A DNA stretch of 64,000 nt from Paraspadella gotoi (taxonomy: Eukaryota > Animalia > Chaetognatha), in contig JBJCIZ010000028.1 in assembly GCA_051294375.1 (NCBI GenBank), forward strand, positions 675,623-739,622. The letters run 5' to 3'. The number at the start of each line of letters is the position of its first letter. The stretch's first letter is position 1. The position numbers and the translations under genes were made by a program. The notes beneath the pieces were generated by a model. That model had not been told where the DNA came from. It saw only the letters and a program-made list of their open reading frames with translations, and did not search any database. This document shows positions 61,942-64,000 of the stretch, one piece after another.

Positions 61942-63217
61942 GTCACTATACTCTAGCTACGAGATAGTTTTCTGACGAATTCTCTTGGCCTATATAAAAC
62001 ACAGGGGTTTTTAATATCTATTGTAATATATAAGTTCAACAGATACAAAATAATATTTAAAGGGAAACGTTTCCTTCGGAGCCACGGCTAAAACTACCCA
62101 GTTTACAGGACAGAATCGGCGAAGTACAATATTGTTTACAAATAATCACTTTTACATTTACAATTGGCTGAAAGGTAAAGAAAAGGAAAATACAGAACCG
62201 ACATTTGATTCGGTTGCACCTCGATATTCTGACAGAATCACAAACGGAGAATTTGTCGAGCCAATCGGGTTGCGAGGCGCGAACCTCCCTGGACTCGATC
62301 GTCGACACCGTCTGCGCCAACCAATCGCGATAGGAGAGAATTTCTGACAACCAGTCTGGTTGCGAGACGCCAATTTTGCGCCACTCGATCATCTTCATTT
62401 TCCCGGCCAACTGAAATGGGCGAGAATTTTGAAAACCAATGAGCATTTACCTACCCCCCCGGCTGCCGTCGATGCCTTTGTCGACTGTGCCGACGTATCA
62501 CGAGAAGTGAAAATTTTGAAAACCAATTGGAAGGCAGGATGCCTCGCCTTTTAAGGCTAACCGATTAGCCAATCGGTAAATTTAAGAATTTGGAAATTCT
62601 CAGAAAAGCTTAGCGTCAGTATAAAAGGTCGTTATAGACAAATTTTCCTTTTTTTTTAATGGGAGAGAGAGTGACAAACTTGTCACGTGACTCGCTCCGC
62701 GGTCAATTGAATCCGAGTCCCACCAAAACTTTCTATAGTCGAATATAACTGCGTTAAAAGCATCACCGGAGAGAGAGAGGGGAATGATGATGATTAACCC
62801 CCCTATCCCTTTCACCTTGGCTATTCCCGGGCCTCCTCTCTCTCACTCTCCTATCTCTCTCTCTCCTTCTCTCTCTTTCTCCCTCTCTCTCCCTCTCTCA
62901 CTCTCTCCCTCTCTCTCTCTCTCTTTTTATACCTCTCTCTCTCTTTCTCCCTCACTCTAACTCACCCTCGCTCTTTTTTTTCCTTGCACCGCTGTTTTAC
63001 CCACCATTCCTTATCAATAGCATCTCGACTATATCTGTCAGACGGTCTGACCGTCTCGGTTCATCTGTCGCCTCCTGTCTTCCCATTTGACCGCGTCTCA
63101 CCCATCTGAACTTCTCACCCATCCCAACTTTTAACCCTCACCCAAAAAACTAAGGTAATTTCTGTAATAGTACAAAATATACAATTCGAGAAGCATTGGG
63201 AGAGAGAGTACCGGTAG

Positions 63218-63500
63218 TTAACGATGGCGTTCCTGTCGCTCTGATCCGCGTCGCGAGTAAGAGGCGACTTCGGCGTCCGTGGCGAGTTCTACTTCTTCCT
63301 CCTCGTCGTACGTCTCTGGATCGTCGTCGTCTATGAGGAGAGCGTCTTCCTCGACGTCTTCCTCTCCGCAACCCCCTCCTTCTTCGTAATCGGGGGGCCG
63401 GTTCGTCGTCGTCGTCCTCTTCGTAATCGGGGTCCGGTTCGTCGGCGTTGGAGGAAGAAGAGACCGGATTCCGGTTCTCCTTGTTGGCTTCCTGGTCGTC
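63218..63500 (-). CDS. Acidic PDYEE ORFan, right-island copy (also ~52610-52890)
   Basis: PDYEEGG...EEDALLIDDDDPETYDEEEEVELATDAEVASYS is homologous to 862..1239. The 5' end is uncertain. Confidence 0.55.
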
Positions 63501-64000
63501 CTATGGCGTTTAGACCCTAGACTAGCTTCTCTAGGGTATTGATTTGTCCCTCTAAGGTACCCACGTATGCACGTGTGCATTTCCTTCCTAGAAAAGTAAT
63601 ACGAAAAGGGTGAATAATAAGTCAAAAAATTAATTATCGCAAGGAAATCATTTCGTTCTATCCATTTATTGTACAGATTATAAAAGAAAAATAAGACTCA
63701 CCAGAGTTGATCAAGCGCAGTGTCATTGTACGCCACGTTTTCTGAGTCTTGAGCAATGACGTCGTTGACTGTCTGGACCAAAAAAAATTGGGAAACAAAA
63801 GGAAAGAGAGATTGCTAAACAAATTTATATCCAAAGATACATTTAATTATTTAAAAATCCTAATCTATATTTTCCTTACCTTACTGAGTCCATGAATTTT
63901 AGCAAATCCTTCTATTGTGGCAAATGTTTTTTTTGCGTTGATTGCTCATCACATCTGTAAAACAAAAAAATAATTAAAAAAAGACAAAGTAACTATCGTA

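Larger units (their letters stand above)
33830..64000 (-). mobile_element. Right ORFan island with tandem multi-kb copies (unclassified, runs off the window)
   Basis: Copy 1 spans ~37660-44975. Copy 2 spans ~44979-53390 and continues with unique sequence to 57369. Copy 3 spans 57394-64000 and matches ~46830-53390. ORFs are mostly on the minus strand and share families with the left island. Confidence 0.5.

Overview
Eukaryotic (metazoan-like) genomic DNA from an indel-prone draft assembly with N gaps; no prokaryotic features are present. A central block (~8.1-33.3 kb) carries six recognisable + strand host genes: TBL2, GLE1, a multi-C2H2 zinc-finger gene with an intronless COX8 nested in its last intron, IMP3 and DOLPP1. 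TBL2 intron 4 holds a ~4.6 kb foldback (long inverted-repeat) element. Its right arm is interrupted by a complete-looking non-autonomous DIRS1-type element with inverted terminal repeats and an internal complementary region. Both flanks (1-8.1 kb and 33.8-64 kb) are dense islands of short, mostly minus-strand ORFans that I cannot assign to known families. They fall into several internal paralog families shared between the two flanks, some spliced and some exon-shuffled. The right flank is a tandem array of about three near-identical multi-kb copies and also contains a decayed DIRS RNaseH-MT-tyrosine-recombinase fragment. The islands look like an undescribed endogenous virus or giant mobile element, but I found no hallmark gene (polymerase, capsid, ATPase, integrase) in the window. 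The inverted duplicates around GLE1, and probably some of the array redundancy, are likely assembly artefacts. All family assignments are from recalled sequences, not database searches, and coordinates of repeats are approximate.
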